Shown: piece by piece, positions 10,410-19,126 of the stretch
Layout: each line of letters opens with the position of its first letter
How positions within the stretch are numbered: the stretch's first letter is position 1
Origin: Escherichia coli
GTDB taxonomy: Bacteria; Pseudomonadota; Gammaproteobacteria; Enterobacterales; Enterobacteriaceae
NCBI RefSeq assembly: GCF_003790525.1
Contig: NZ_CP033634.1
Direction: 5' to 3' (one strand)
Length of the DNA stretch: 64,000 nucleotides
Made by a program: the position numbers and the translations under genes
Notes under the pieces: model-generated
Seen by the model: the letters and a program-made list of their open reading frames with translations, nothing else
What the model was told of the DNA's origin: nothing
The model's database searches: none

Positions 10410-10475
10410 GATAACAAGATAACAAGATAACAAGATAACAAGGTGTTATCTTGTTATCTCAAGGTGTTATCTTTG
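10410..10475. repeat. Downstream centromere-like iteron array (parC2-like): four direct GATAACAA copies plus inverted TTGTTATC copies
   Basis: gataacaagataacaagataacaagataacaaggtgttatcttgttatctcaaggtgttatc directly downstream of the parAB operon. Confidence 0.7.
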
Positions 10476-10769
10476 TTTTACTTCTGCTATCAATCGTGAT
10501 ACCTCTGTTTTTGATAGTGTTTTAAGTGCTTCTACCGCCGCCCTGACAACATCAGAACGATTCACTCTGCCTTTACCTGAAACCATCTCAGCCGTTATAA
10601 GGGCATCAATGTCTTTTAGGTTTTCTTCAAAAAAAGAAATACTCACTGGTTTTGCTTTGCTTACAACCGATGATTTATCTGATGACTTTTTGGTATTATC
10701 AAGGCCAGCCGTGCCACCGTTAATAAATGCTGCCTCGTCACGAGGTGAAGTGTTTGCTCTATTTCTCAC
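10467..10769 (-). CDS. parB: Small centromere-binding protein (ParB/ParG-like, predicted ribbon-helix-helix C-terminus)
   Basis: 100-aa ORF whose ATG overlaps the parA stop (ATGA); C-terminal RVNRSDVVRAAVEALKTL resembles an RHH DNA-binding fold. Confidence 0.65.
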   Translation of the reverse strand: MRNRANTSPRDEAAFINGGTAGLDNTKKSSDKSSVVSKAKPVSISFFEENLKDIDALITAEMVSGKGRVNRSDVVRAAVEALKTLSKTEVSRLIAEVKQR

Positions 10770-11392
10770 AGAATAACCTCTTTCACTAACGCTTCGATTT
10801 CTTGCTGGGCTTTATCATTTTGCGTTTCAAAAATTGTCATTGATTCGGCCCAAGCATCTCGATGTGCTTTACGATCACATACCCGGGAGTTTGCCAGATG
10901 CATTTCAGGGTAATCCTTAAGTACTTCAGCTGCCTCATTGGCTTCATTAACAAACATATTTGTGGGCGTCATGTTTAAAACGAGATATCCCCGAACATCC
11001 TCATTAAAATCTTTTGCTGCTGTAAAAACGGAGCATGTATGAGGCACAACATCCAGGTCCATCTGAGATGGGCGCAAAGGAGAAATGAATACATCTGCGG
11101 CCATCAATCCACTACGCATTTCTGCGCTATCACGGCCAGCACAGTCTGCAATAACAAAATCATAGGATTTTTCGTGTTCCTTTAACATGGCTTTGATGTT
11201 ACCTGTCGCGCCTGTAACCGGAATATGAGGGAGATCTTCAGGGCGATTGTTGTACCAGGTTAATACTGATTTCTGGTCATCTGCGTCGACAATAATCACT
11301 CTATTGCCTAGTGACATCAGATACGCAGCTATAGATACCGCCAGTGTACTTTTACCTACCCCACCCTTTTGACTACCTAATACTATTATCAT
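10766..11392 (-). CDS. parA: ParA-family partition ATPase (small type Ib, no N-terminal HTH)
   Basis: Deviant Walker A KGGVGKST at residues 9-16; 208 aa. Confidence 0.9.
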   Translation of the reverse strand: MIIVLGSQKGGVGKSTLAVSIAAYLMSLGNRVIIVDADDQKSVLTWYNNRPEDLPHIPVTGATGNIKAMLKEHEKSYDFVIADCAGRDSAEMRSGLMAADVFISPLRPSQMDLDVVPHTCSVFTAAKDFNEDVRGYLVLNMTPTNMFVNEANEAAEVLKDYPEMHLANSRVCDRKAHRDAWAESMTIFETQNDKAQQEIEALVKEVIL

Positions 11393-11403
11393 TATAGCCT
11401 CAT

Positions 11404-11430
11404 ATTAAGTTGTTAAGTTAACAACTTAAT
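11404..11430. promoter_or_regulatory. Palindromic operator-like site in the parA promoter region
   Basis: ATTAAGTTGTTAA/GTTAACAACTTAAT near-perfect palindrome 12 bp upstream of parA start; a related copy lies at about 11470-11495. Confidence 0.5.
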
Positions 11431-11519
11431 ATTGCCATCTGAACGCGAATCATGCAATTATTTTTGTTATATTAACAACTTAACAAGTTATTAAGTATTT
11501 GATTTATAGATTAATTAAT

Positions 11520-11574
11520 ATAACAAGATAACAAGATAACAAGATAACAAGATAACAAGATAACAAGATAACAA
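11520..11574. repeat. Upstream centromere-like iteron array (parC1-like): six to seven tandem GATAACAA copies
   Basis: taacaagataacaagataacaagataacaagataacaagataacaa. Confidence 0.7.
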
Positions 11575-11595
11575 TATTATGGGTGGATTACATAT

Positions 11596-12774
11596 TCATA
11601 ACTGGGCTACTGGCAAATCTGTCCATCTGGTGGTATACGCAGGAGAAAGCATTTCCCGTTTCATTTGCCATTCAGGGGCGGTTCCTCGCCCCGCAAACCA
11701 CACTTTCCCTTTTCCAGACTGGTTCAGTTCATCGAGTGTTTTCATTAACTTTTCGCTGTTTTTACGGGGCTGGATCTCATCAAATAATCCCGGCTGCGCT
11801 ATACCCGATGGTGTGAAATCAGCCAGCATGACTCCTGCCTTCATATAGCGGTACCCTTCACGCCAGACATGGTTTAAGGCTCTGCATGCGGCGGCAATAA
11901 TGTCCCGGCTGTCCTGTGTGGGCAATGGAAGCTTTTCCACAGCGGCATTGCTGTAACAGGGTTCTTTTACTGCAAAGGGGGATGTCCGTACAAATGTCGT
12001 CACCTGCCGGCAATACTGACGTTCCCCACGTAGTTTCTCTGCGGCCCGCTCTGCATACTGAACAACAGCCTGGTGCATGGCATCTTTGTCTGTGATTCGT
12101 TCACCAAAACTGCGACTACAGACAATCTGCTGTTTTGCCGGTGGTGCTTCTTCCAGGGATATGCAGGACTCGCCGTTGAGTTCGCGTACCGTACGCTCAA
12201 GAATGACGCTGAAGTTTTTCCGGATGAATGCCGTGTTAGCCTGCGCCAGCTGCAGTGCTGTGTTAATACCCAGCGCATTCAGCTTTTCCGTCAGTCTGCG
12301 TCCTACTCCCCAGACCTCACCAACTGGCTGCAGCCCCAGTAGCTTCAAGGTCCGATTACGGTTTTCTGCCGTCAGCGCGACCACTCCGGAAAACTGTGGC
12401 CATTGCTTTGTTGCCCACTGTGCACTTTTAGCCAGCGTTTTTGTAGGCGCAATGCCCACCCCCATGGTGAGTCCTGTCCAGCTCTTTACCTGTTCCCTGA
12501 GCTGATGACCAAAAACCTCCGGAGAGATGCAATGATTTATCCCCCGCAAATCAATGAACATTTCATCAATTGAGTAGGGCTCAACTGCGGGAGAAAGCGA
12601 CTCCAGAACAGCCATAACCCGTTGGCTCATGCTGTGGTACAGCGCATAATTGCTGGAAAATACATGTATTTTCTTCTCCAGGCGCATTTGTCTCACCTGA
12701 AACCAGGGCTGCCCCATTCTGATGCCAAGGGCTTTTGCCTCCGGGCTGCGCGCGATCACACAGCCATCGTTATT
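11596..12774 (-). pseudogene. impB: impB/umuC-like error-prone DNA polymerase (Y-family), 3' portion lacking the first 33 codons
   Basis: Translation from NNDGCVIARSPEAKALGIRMGQPWF... aligns with UmuC/MucB residues about 32 onward; upstream in-frame sequence is unrelated and stops. Confidence 0.85.
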
Positions 12775-13182
12775 CACCGTTACACGTTTTACACCCTAAA
12801 ATGTTATGAAAAACCTTTCTGAACAAAGCCTGTAGCCTGATTTGTGTAATTCTCATCGATATGAAGCAATAAGTTGAGAATTTTTTAATATGGGGCTCAT
12901 TAATTCTCAACAATTAAGTGTGGCATAACATTAATGTCTAAAACTTCTCAGTCTCGCATGCCAGATTGGTTCGTAGTCGTCGAGTGGTGATTGTGACAAT
13001 AAAGATCGAAACTTATGCTTTATCAACATGGCTATCTTAGATAAGTGTGCCAACAAAGTTTGAAACACACTTTTGCCCCATTATGAGTTACAACCCAAAG
13101 TTCAAACAGTGATGTTGAGGTAACTTTGATATACAAAAAGTAATGAACAGCAAAAGATAAAAGCTGAGCCAATTTGTTCACA

Positions 13183-14271
13183 CTATTCAGTTAGCATGAG
13201 CTTTGCTTTAAGAAACGTAAGTTTGATGTCATCAGTTTTGGTGAACTTGAACTTACCGTCAGTAGAAGCGTTAAACCTTTCAAAATAGTATTCAAGTAGC
13301 GGATCGTACCTGCCACCGTGAACCCAAGTGTAGAACTTACCAAGTTCATAACGTAACTCTTTATCAAGTTCAGATCTTATTCTCAGCTCACTATCGTTTG
13401 CTAGTTCAACGATGTTCATTTCTTGAAGGTTCGTCTTAATCTCTTCAATCAGAGGTAGGAGGGATTCTTTATACTTATCAGCCAATGGTACAAGGTCAGC
13501 GTCAGTTACTTCCGCTTCAAAAATCATAATCAGGTCGTCAATCTCCCCGTTATAGTAATCGTTATCTAATCGTTTTTCTGACTCAGTACGAAGAACATAG
13601 AGTTGTTCTAAAGGATCTAATTTAGTCTCAATTTTTTCTTTTGAAAGTTTGTGTTGATACTCAACAAACAGCGTTTCAATCCTATCAGCAATAACATCAA
13701 GATACTCATATCGAATTCTGAGAAATTCCAACAGCTCATTGATATTGAGGTTTAACGTTAGGTCTTCTTTACCCACATCTCGACTGTACAAATGAACACT
13801 CAAATCGCCAGTGTTGAAATGACTTTGAAATGGCCAACTTGCGAAACGCTTTGAGTTTTCTTGATTCAGATTTACGGGGTGAGCACCGAAACACGCCCTG
13901 ATAGTTTTAAAATAATTATTATCATCTTCATTAGCGAAGAGGCGATCTTTGAAACATTTCTTTTCACCATAAAACGGATCTTTCTTATCAGTTATAAACA
14001 CTCGATGGAGTTGTTTTATTGACTCGAAAATAAGGTCTATTGAAGAGATCAGAGAGTAGACCTGCATACATCTACTATCTATGTTCTTGTCAAACTCAGG
14101 CGCATTTTCTAAGTGGCGAACAGAGACAGAGATCCAATCCATAGCAGAGCAAACGAGGTTAAAAAGATTCTTACCACCTTTATCTTTGTATATTTGATAC
14201 ACAAAGCTAGAGTTTGAGTTAACTAAGTCTCGAAAATCACTGATTTTATCGTCACTAACAACGTTTCTCAT
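13183..14271 (-). CDS. Hypothetical protein, 362 aa, AT-rich cargo gene divergent from the PIN-like/AbiH-like pair
   Basis: Long uninterrupted ORF in low-GC DNA; contains an R-x5-H motif (RACFGAH) that could be HEPN-like, but no family confidently recognised. Confidence 0.65.
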   Translation of the reverse strand: MRNVVSDDKISDFRDLVNSNSSFVYQIYKDKGGKNLFNLVCSAMDWISVSVRHLENAPEFDKNIDSRCMQVYSLISSIDLIFESIKQLHRVFITDKKDPFYGEKKCFKDRLFANEDDNNYFKTIRACFGAHPVNLNQENSKRFASWPFQSHFNTGDLSVHLYSRDVGKEDLTLNLNINELLEFLRIRYEYLDVIADRIETLFVEYQHKLSKEKIETKLDPLEQLYVLRTESEKRLDNDYYNGEIDDLIMIFEAEVTDADLVPLADKYKESLLPLIEEIKTNLQEMNIVELANDSELRIRSELDKELRYELGKFYTWVHGGRYDPLLEYYFERFNASTDGKFKFTKTDDIKLTFLKAKLMLTE

Positions 14272-14706
14272 TCTCTAATCGCCTTCTAACCAATTGAAAA
14301 TATTATGAAGAATGGCAAAAATGATAGTGATAGTTCTTCAATTCTTCAACTTCTTTTTTGATTTGAAGTGAAGTGATACGCTGGGTTTTGTCACTTAGTT
14401 AGATTTGAACGATGAGGATCTCTAGCCAGTTGTATTGCTAGGCATTATCCGAAGACAAATAGAAGAACTGAACCTCGAAGTAACTTTTATCCTAGGACGT
14501 GCTGAAGCTGGTCTCCGCAAACTTGTGATCTAGGCCAACACGCCTTTGCCCCCAAAACATTTAAAGCTATCCCTCATCACACCTTGCTAACTCGTTACTT
14601 GCCCGAATTTTTGTAATGAGCCAATATGCTATTAGTTGGTTATCCACTTAATTGTTTTATCAATTTATTTGATGACAATTTACACCATGTGTTCAAGGTA
14701 TTGATT

Positions 14707-15807
14707 ATGGAATTACAGACAAGGCTAGTTTTTATCGATACAAGCGCTTTTGAAAAGAAAAACTATCAATTTGGGCAACACGCTCTTGGTCGTCTTCAAG
14801 AACTAATTGAGGATGAGAAAATCCACTTGCTCATTACTGATGTGACAAGGAAAGAGATCGACTCCCATCTCAAACACAAATCTGAAGAAGCAGCTTCTAT
14901 GATAAAGAAGATGCAAAGAGATGCGATGTTCCTAAGAAACACCCCCGACCTTGATTGTCATGGCATCTTCACCAAGATTAAAGGTGATGATATTTATGCT
15001 GTTATCAGTGAAAAATTTGATGATTTCGTCGAAAACGGCTACGTCGAAACAATTGATGTAAGCACTGTTAACCCTCAAGTTGTATTTGATGCTTACTTCA
15101 ACAACCTTCCTCCTTTTGGCAAAGAATCAAAAAAGCACGAGTTTCCTGATGCATTTGCGCTAGAAGCTATTAAACAGGTGAGCTTGGCTAGAGGATATTC
15201 AGCCTATATCGTTAGTGACGACGGCGATATGAAATCATTCTGTGAGAAAGAAGATAACTTCATTCATCTTGAAAATGTCGATGACCTAATTGACTTGATT
15301 GTTCGAAGCGACAAAGCGTACGAAGAACCAGCCAAATTTGCTGATGAAATATTCGAACAACTCCTAGAACAAATCAAAGCGGATGCCCTGCAAGCTCTCG
15401 AAGATGGCGAGTTCAACTATGAAAACGCAGATCCTTTCGATGAGACTATCAATTCTATAGAAATCAACTCGGTGAATGTTGGGAAGAAAAACTTACAGAA
15501 TGTCGATGCCGAGTGGGCTGAATACGAAGTAGAATTTGAGGTGGTTGTTACGGCAGATTATCGATTCTCAGATTATGACCGTTCACCTTGGGACCCTGAA
15601 GACAAGCAATATGTATTCGTCTTGAGTAATGAGTCAACAGTAAAACACAAAGAAACATACACTGCCCACATAACACTTGCCTATACCGATGGATTAAAAG
15701 CTAACGCATACATTGAAGAGTTTTACTTCCAAGATACATATTTTGAGCTGACTGATAATGACTCCGAAGTCATTAGCTTCAAAGAACTAGATATCAACGG
15801 TGAATGA
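14707..15807 (+). CDS. PIN-like domain protein (DUF4935-like), 366 aa
   Basis: N-terminus MELQTRLVFIDTSAFEKKNYQF... resembles PIN-like DUF4935 openings; stop TGA at 15805-15807 lies one base before the start of the next gene. Confidence 0.65.
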   Translation: MELQTRLVFIDTSAFEKKNYQFGQHALGRLQELIEDEKIHLLITDVTRKEIDSHLKHKSEEAASMIKKMQRDAMFLRNTPDLDCHGIFTKIKGDDIYAVISEKFDDFVENGYVETIDVSTVNPQVVFDAYFNNLPPFGKESKKHEFPDAFALEAIKQVSLARGYSAYIVSDDGDMKSFCEKEDNFIHLENVDDLIDLIVRSDKAYEEPAKFADEIFEQLLEQIKADALQALEDGEFNYENADPFDETINSIEINSVNVGKKNLQNVDAEWAEYEVEFEVVVTADYRFSDYDRSPWDPEDKQYVFVLSNESTVKHKETYTAHITLAYTDGLKANAYIEEFYFQDTYFELTDNDSEVISFKELDINGE

Positions 15808-15808
15808 C

Positions 15809-16277
15809 ATGAAGCTATATGTAATAGGTAATGGCTTTGATGTTCATCATGGCCTTGACACTAGGTATACATCTTTTGGGCTTTATCTCAAAAATAACTA
15901 CTGGGAAACTTATGAACTATTGCTCGACTATTACGGGTTTGCTGACTTAGACCCAGATTTTCCAACAACAATGTCAGACCCTTTATGGTCTGAATTTGAA
16001 ACGAGTATGTCACTGCTTGATAAAGATTCAGTTTTGGAAGCAAACATGGATGCAATGCCAAACTATTCTTCAGATGACTTTCGAGACAGAGACCGATACA
16101 CGCTTGAAATTGAGATGGAGCGAATACTTGGCCTTCTAACCACTGAACTGTATAAAGCATTCAAAGAGTTCATTTTGGCTGTACAGTTTCCTCAGTTTGA
16201 TCACAGCCGATCAGTAAACATTGATAGAGACGCTGTTTACCTCACATTCAACTACACAGATACGCTTTCTCAATACT
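15809..16277 (+). pseudogene. AbiH-like abortive-infection protein, N-terminal 156 codons, truncated by IS2
   Basis: MKLYVIGNGFDVHHGLDTRYTSF matches the AbiH family N-terminal signature; reading frame runs into the IS2 left end at 16278, so the ORF-track tail to 16327 is IS2-encoded. Confidence 0.7.
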
Positions 16278-16368
16278 TAGACTGGCTCCCTGAATCTCCA
16301 GACAACCAGTATCACTTAAATAAGTGATAGTCTTAATACTAGTTTTTAGACTAGTCATTGGAGAACAG

Positions 16369-16734
16369 ATGATTGATGTCTTAGGGCCGGAGAAACGCAG
16401 ACGGCGTACCACACAGGAAAAGATCGCAATTGTTCAGCAGAGCTTTGAACCGGGGATGACGGTCTCCCTCGTTGCCCGGCAACATGGTGTAGCAGCCAGC
16501 CAGTTATTTCTCTGGCGTAAGCAATACCAGGAAGGAAGTCTTACTGCTGTCGCCGCCGGAGAACAGGTTGTTCCTGCCTCTGAACTTGCTGCCGCCATGA
16601 AGCAGATTAAAGAACTCCAGCGCCTGCTCGGCAAGAAAACGATGGAAAATGAACTCCTCAAAGAAGCCGTTGAATATGGACGGGCAAAAAAGTGGATAGC
16701 GCACGCGCCCTTATTGCCCGGGGATGGGGAGTAA
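16369..16734 (+). CDS. insC: IS2 OrfA (InsC)
   Basis: [56 protein letters not shown]... Confidence 0.9.
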
Positions 16735-17597
16735 GCTTAGTCAGCCGTTGTCTCCGGGTGTCGCGTGCGCAGTTGCACGTCATTCTCAGACGAACCGATG
16801 ACTGGATGGATGGCCGCCGCAGTCGTCACACTGATGATACGGATGTGCTTCTCCGTATACACCATGTTATCGGAGAGCTGCCCACGTATGGTTATCGTCG
16901 GGTATGGGCGCTGCTTCGCAGACAGGCAGAACTTGATGGTATGCCTGCGATCAATGCCAAACGTGTTTACCGGATCATGCGCCAGAATGCGCTGTTGCTT
17001 GAGCGAAAACCTGCTGTACCGCCATCGAAACGGGCACATACAGGCAGAGTGGCCGTGAAAGAAAGCAATCAGCGATGGTGCTCTGACGGGTTCGAGTTCT
17101 GCTGTGATAACGGAGAGAGACTGCGTGTCACGTTCGCGCTGGACTGCTGTGATCGTGAGGCACTGCACTGGGCGGTCACTACCGGCGGCTTCAACAGTGA
17201 AACAGTACAGGACGTCATGCCAGGAGCGGTGGAACGCCGCTTCGGCAACGATCTTCCGTCGTCTCCAGTGGAGTGGCTGACGGATAATGGTTCATGCTAC
17301 CGGGCTAATGAAACACGCCAGTTCGCCCGGATGTTGGGACTTGAACCGAAGAACACGGCGGTGCGGAGTCCGGAGAGTAACGGAATAGCAGAGAGCTTCG
17401 TGAAAACGATAAAGCGTGACTACATCAGTATCATGCCCAAACCAGACGGGTTAACGGCAGCAAAGAACCTTGCAGAGGCGTTCGAGCATTATAACGAATG
17501 GCATCCGCATAGTGCGCTGGGTTATCGCTCGCCACGGGAATATCTGCGGCAGCGGGCTTGTAATGGGTTAAGTGATAACAGATGTCTGGAAATATAG
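16692..17597 (+). CDS. insD: IS2 OrfB (InsD), DDE transposase; expressed with OrfA by programmed -1 frameshift
   Basis: ORF overlaps orfA in the -1 frame; contains the IS3-family DDE region ([17 protein letters not shown]). Confidence 0.9.
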
Positions 17598-17705
17598 GGG
17601 CAAATCCAGTGATATCCAATTCATTCAGTCTGTAAACACAATAGTGGACATTCTCACATTGTCAAACGTGTATAGTTAGAGAGTGGAAGTAAAAGTGTAT
17701 GGGTG

Positions 17706-17804
17706 GTTATTGCTGAGTACGATGACCGGTTCGTTGCGAAGGTCCGGGCGGAAAACTTTTTCACATGAGGCGTAGAAACTGTTGATATCAGCCAGTGCAA
17801 ACAT
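17706..17804 (-). pseudogene. impB: impB 5' fragment (first 33 codons) separated from the rest by the 4.9-kb insertion
   Basis: Minus strand reads ATG TTT GCA CTG GCT GAT ATC... = MFALADINSFYASCEKVFRPDLRNEPVIVLSNN; start overlaps impA stop (TGATG). Confidence 0.8.
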
Positions 17805-18241
17805 CAGCGTAACTCCCGCGTCCTGTGTATCACGTGAGTGACAACACCAAAAATACAGATGTTTTCCGGATACAGTGTGCGGAACTCCGGGCTGTCTGAA
17901 ACCGGCTCCAGTGCCGGGCGTGGGCGCAACAGCAGTCGTTTGACGGTGAACTCACCATCGATCTCAGCGATAACGATGTCCCCGTGTTGTGGTTTTTCGG
18001 CCCTGTCCACTACCAGCAGATCACCATTCTGCACGCCAGCCTGGTTCATCGATTCACCGCTGGCGCGCAGAAAGAAGGTGGCTGCAGGTCTGCTGATGCA
18101 ATAGCTGTTCAGATCCAGTTCCTGCTCAGCATAATCAGTGGCAGGCGAAGGAAAACCGGCCAGGCAACGATCGGCAAACAACGGTCGCACGTAACTGTCA
18201 TTGCCTGAAGGGTCAGCCGGACGGTGATAAACGGTACTCAT
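17804..18241 (-). CDS. impA: ImpA (UmuD/MucA-like, LexA-type S24 peptidase fold)
   Basis: 145 aa; FPSPATDYAEQELDLN and ASGESMNQAGVQNGDLLVVD align with UmuD. Confidence 0.9.
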   Translation of the reverse strand: MSTVYHRPADPSGNDSYVRPLFADRCLAGFPSPATDYAEQELDLNSYCISRPAATFFLRASGESMNQAGVQNGDLLVVDRAEKPQHGDIVIAEIDGEFTVKRLLLRPRPALEPVSDSPEFRTLYPENICIFGVVTHVIHRTRELR

Positions 18242-18486
18242 GCTGCAGGCAGCCAGCTGTCGTCCTGCCAGATTTCTTCCAGCAGAGACAGGATACGTTC
18301 TTTATCCTTGTCGTTGCGGGCTCCTGTGACAGATACAGACGGGGCGCTGCCCTGGTCTATACGCAGCCAGATTTCCGGGTAGTGTGGTTTCAGACGTCGT
18401 TCGATTTCATTCTGTAGCGCCTGAAGTGTGCCTGATTTGAGGTTTTTTGTGCTCTGGCGGTCGAAAAGAATTTCAATGCGGATCAT
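18238..18486 (-). CDS. impC: ImpC, small first gene of the impCAB operon
   Basis: 82-aa product MIRIEILFDRQSTKNLKSGTLQALQNEIERRLKPHYPEIW...; RBS GGGAG upstream; overlaps impA start by 4 bp. Confidence 0.8.
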   Translation of the reverse strand: MIRIEILFDRQSTKNLKSGTLQALQNEIERRLKPHYPEIWLRIDQGSAPSVSVTGARNDKDKERILSLLEEIWQDDSWLPAA

Positions 18487-18509
18487 GTTCTCATCTCCCT
18501 TTTCTTTTG

Positions 18510-18525
18510 CTGTATGTATATACAG
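18510..18525. promoter_or_regulatory. LexA box (SOS operator) upstream of impC
   Basis: CTGTATGTATATACAG fits CTGT-N8-ACAG, 24 bp upstream of the impC ATG. Confidence 0.75.
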
Positions 18526-19126
18526 TATTCTAATAACTGAATCCACACACAGTCAAATGTCATTATTGTGACTAAAAAACGCTCAATTCTCTGAGGGTGT
18601 GGCTGTATGCCTGCTGTGGACTGCTGTGTCCAGCTTATCCACAGCATTTTGCGCACGGTTCTGTGAATAAAATACCTGGTTACCCAGGCCGTGCCGGCAC
18701 GTTAACCGGGCTGCATCCAATGCAAGTGTGTCGCTGTCGCCGGCATCCTCACCAGGTCACTCAGCAGTCAGGGAGAAAAATGGCGGATGAAGTATGACGG
18801 AGACGGTCGGGCAAGTGCCCGTTTCTTTTCCGACAAAGGATGTCGCCGTGCTCCTCTTTTTACTGCGCCGGCTGACGCGGCGCGGCATAAACGCTGCCTG
18901 TGGTCAGTGTCCCGCGTCCGGCGGGCACGGGACGGGCGCTTTTACCGCTCCCGGCTGGCACCGGTGACAGTGTACGCCAGCCCGTCGCCCTTTTCTGATG
19001 AACGCCCTTCAAGCCGCTTTCGCGAATGAAAGGGACATCTTATTCGGTCTTTACGCTGGAGAGTTACTTTGGAAGACTGCGTCAACACGATGATAAGCGT
19101 ACAAAGCCATTGTTAAGGGATCCTCT

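Larger units (their letters stand above)
16278..17608 (+). mobile_element. IS2 (IS3 family), 1331 bp
   Basis: Left end TAGACTGGCTCCCTGAATCTCCAGACAACC... and right end ...GGGGCAAATCCA; orfA/orfB identical to IS2 InsC/InsD; flanking 5-mers ATACT and GTGAT differ (no target duplication). Confidence 0.95.
12775..17705. mobile_element. Unclassified AT-rich insertion (4931 bp) in impB with 6-bp target duplication and imperfect terminal inverted repeats; carries Abi-like cargo and a nested IS2; no transposase of its own recognised
   Basis: GTTATT at 12769-12774 and 17706-17711; termini CACCGTTACACGTTTTAC versus reverse-complement CACCCATACACTTTTAC; visibly AT-rich relative to flanks (not computed). 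Confidence 0.6.

Noticed and set aside
10410-11574. Possible CRISPR array suggested by short tandem repeats
   Set aside because: Units are 8 bp with no spacers and flank a parA/parB operon; they are partition iterons, not CRISPR repeats
12000-12505. Several ORFs overlapping impB on both strands
   Set aside because: Lie within the well-supported impB coding region in other frames or antisense
18597-19029. Two ORFs (66 and 80 aa) between impC and the IS110-family transposase
   Set aside because: Composition is Arg/Cys/Pro-rich without start context; region more likely non-coding flank or leader of the IS110-family element
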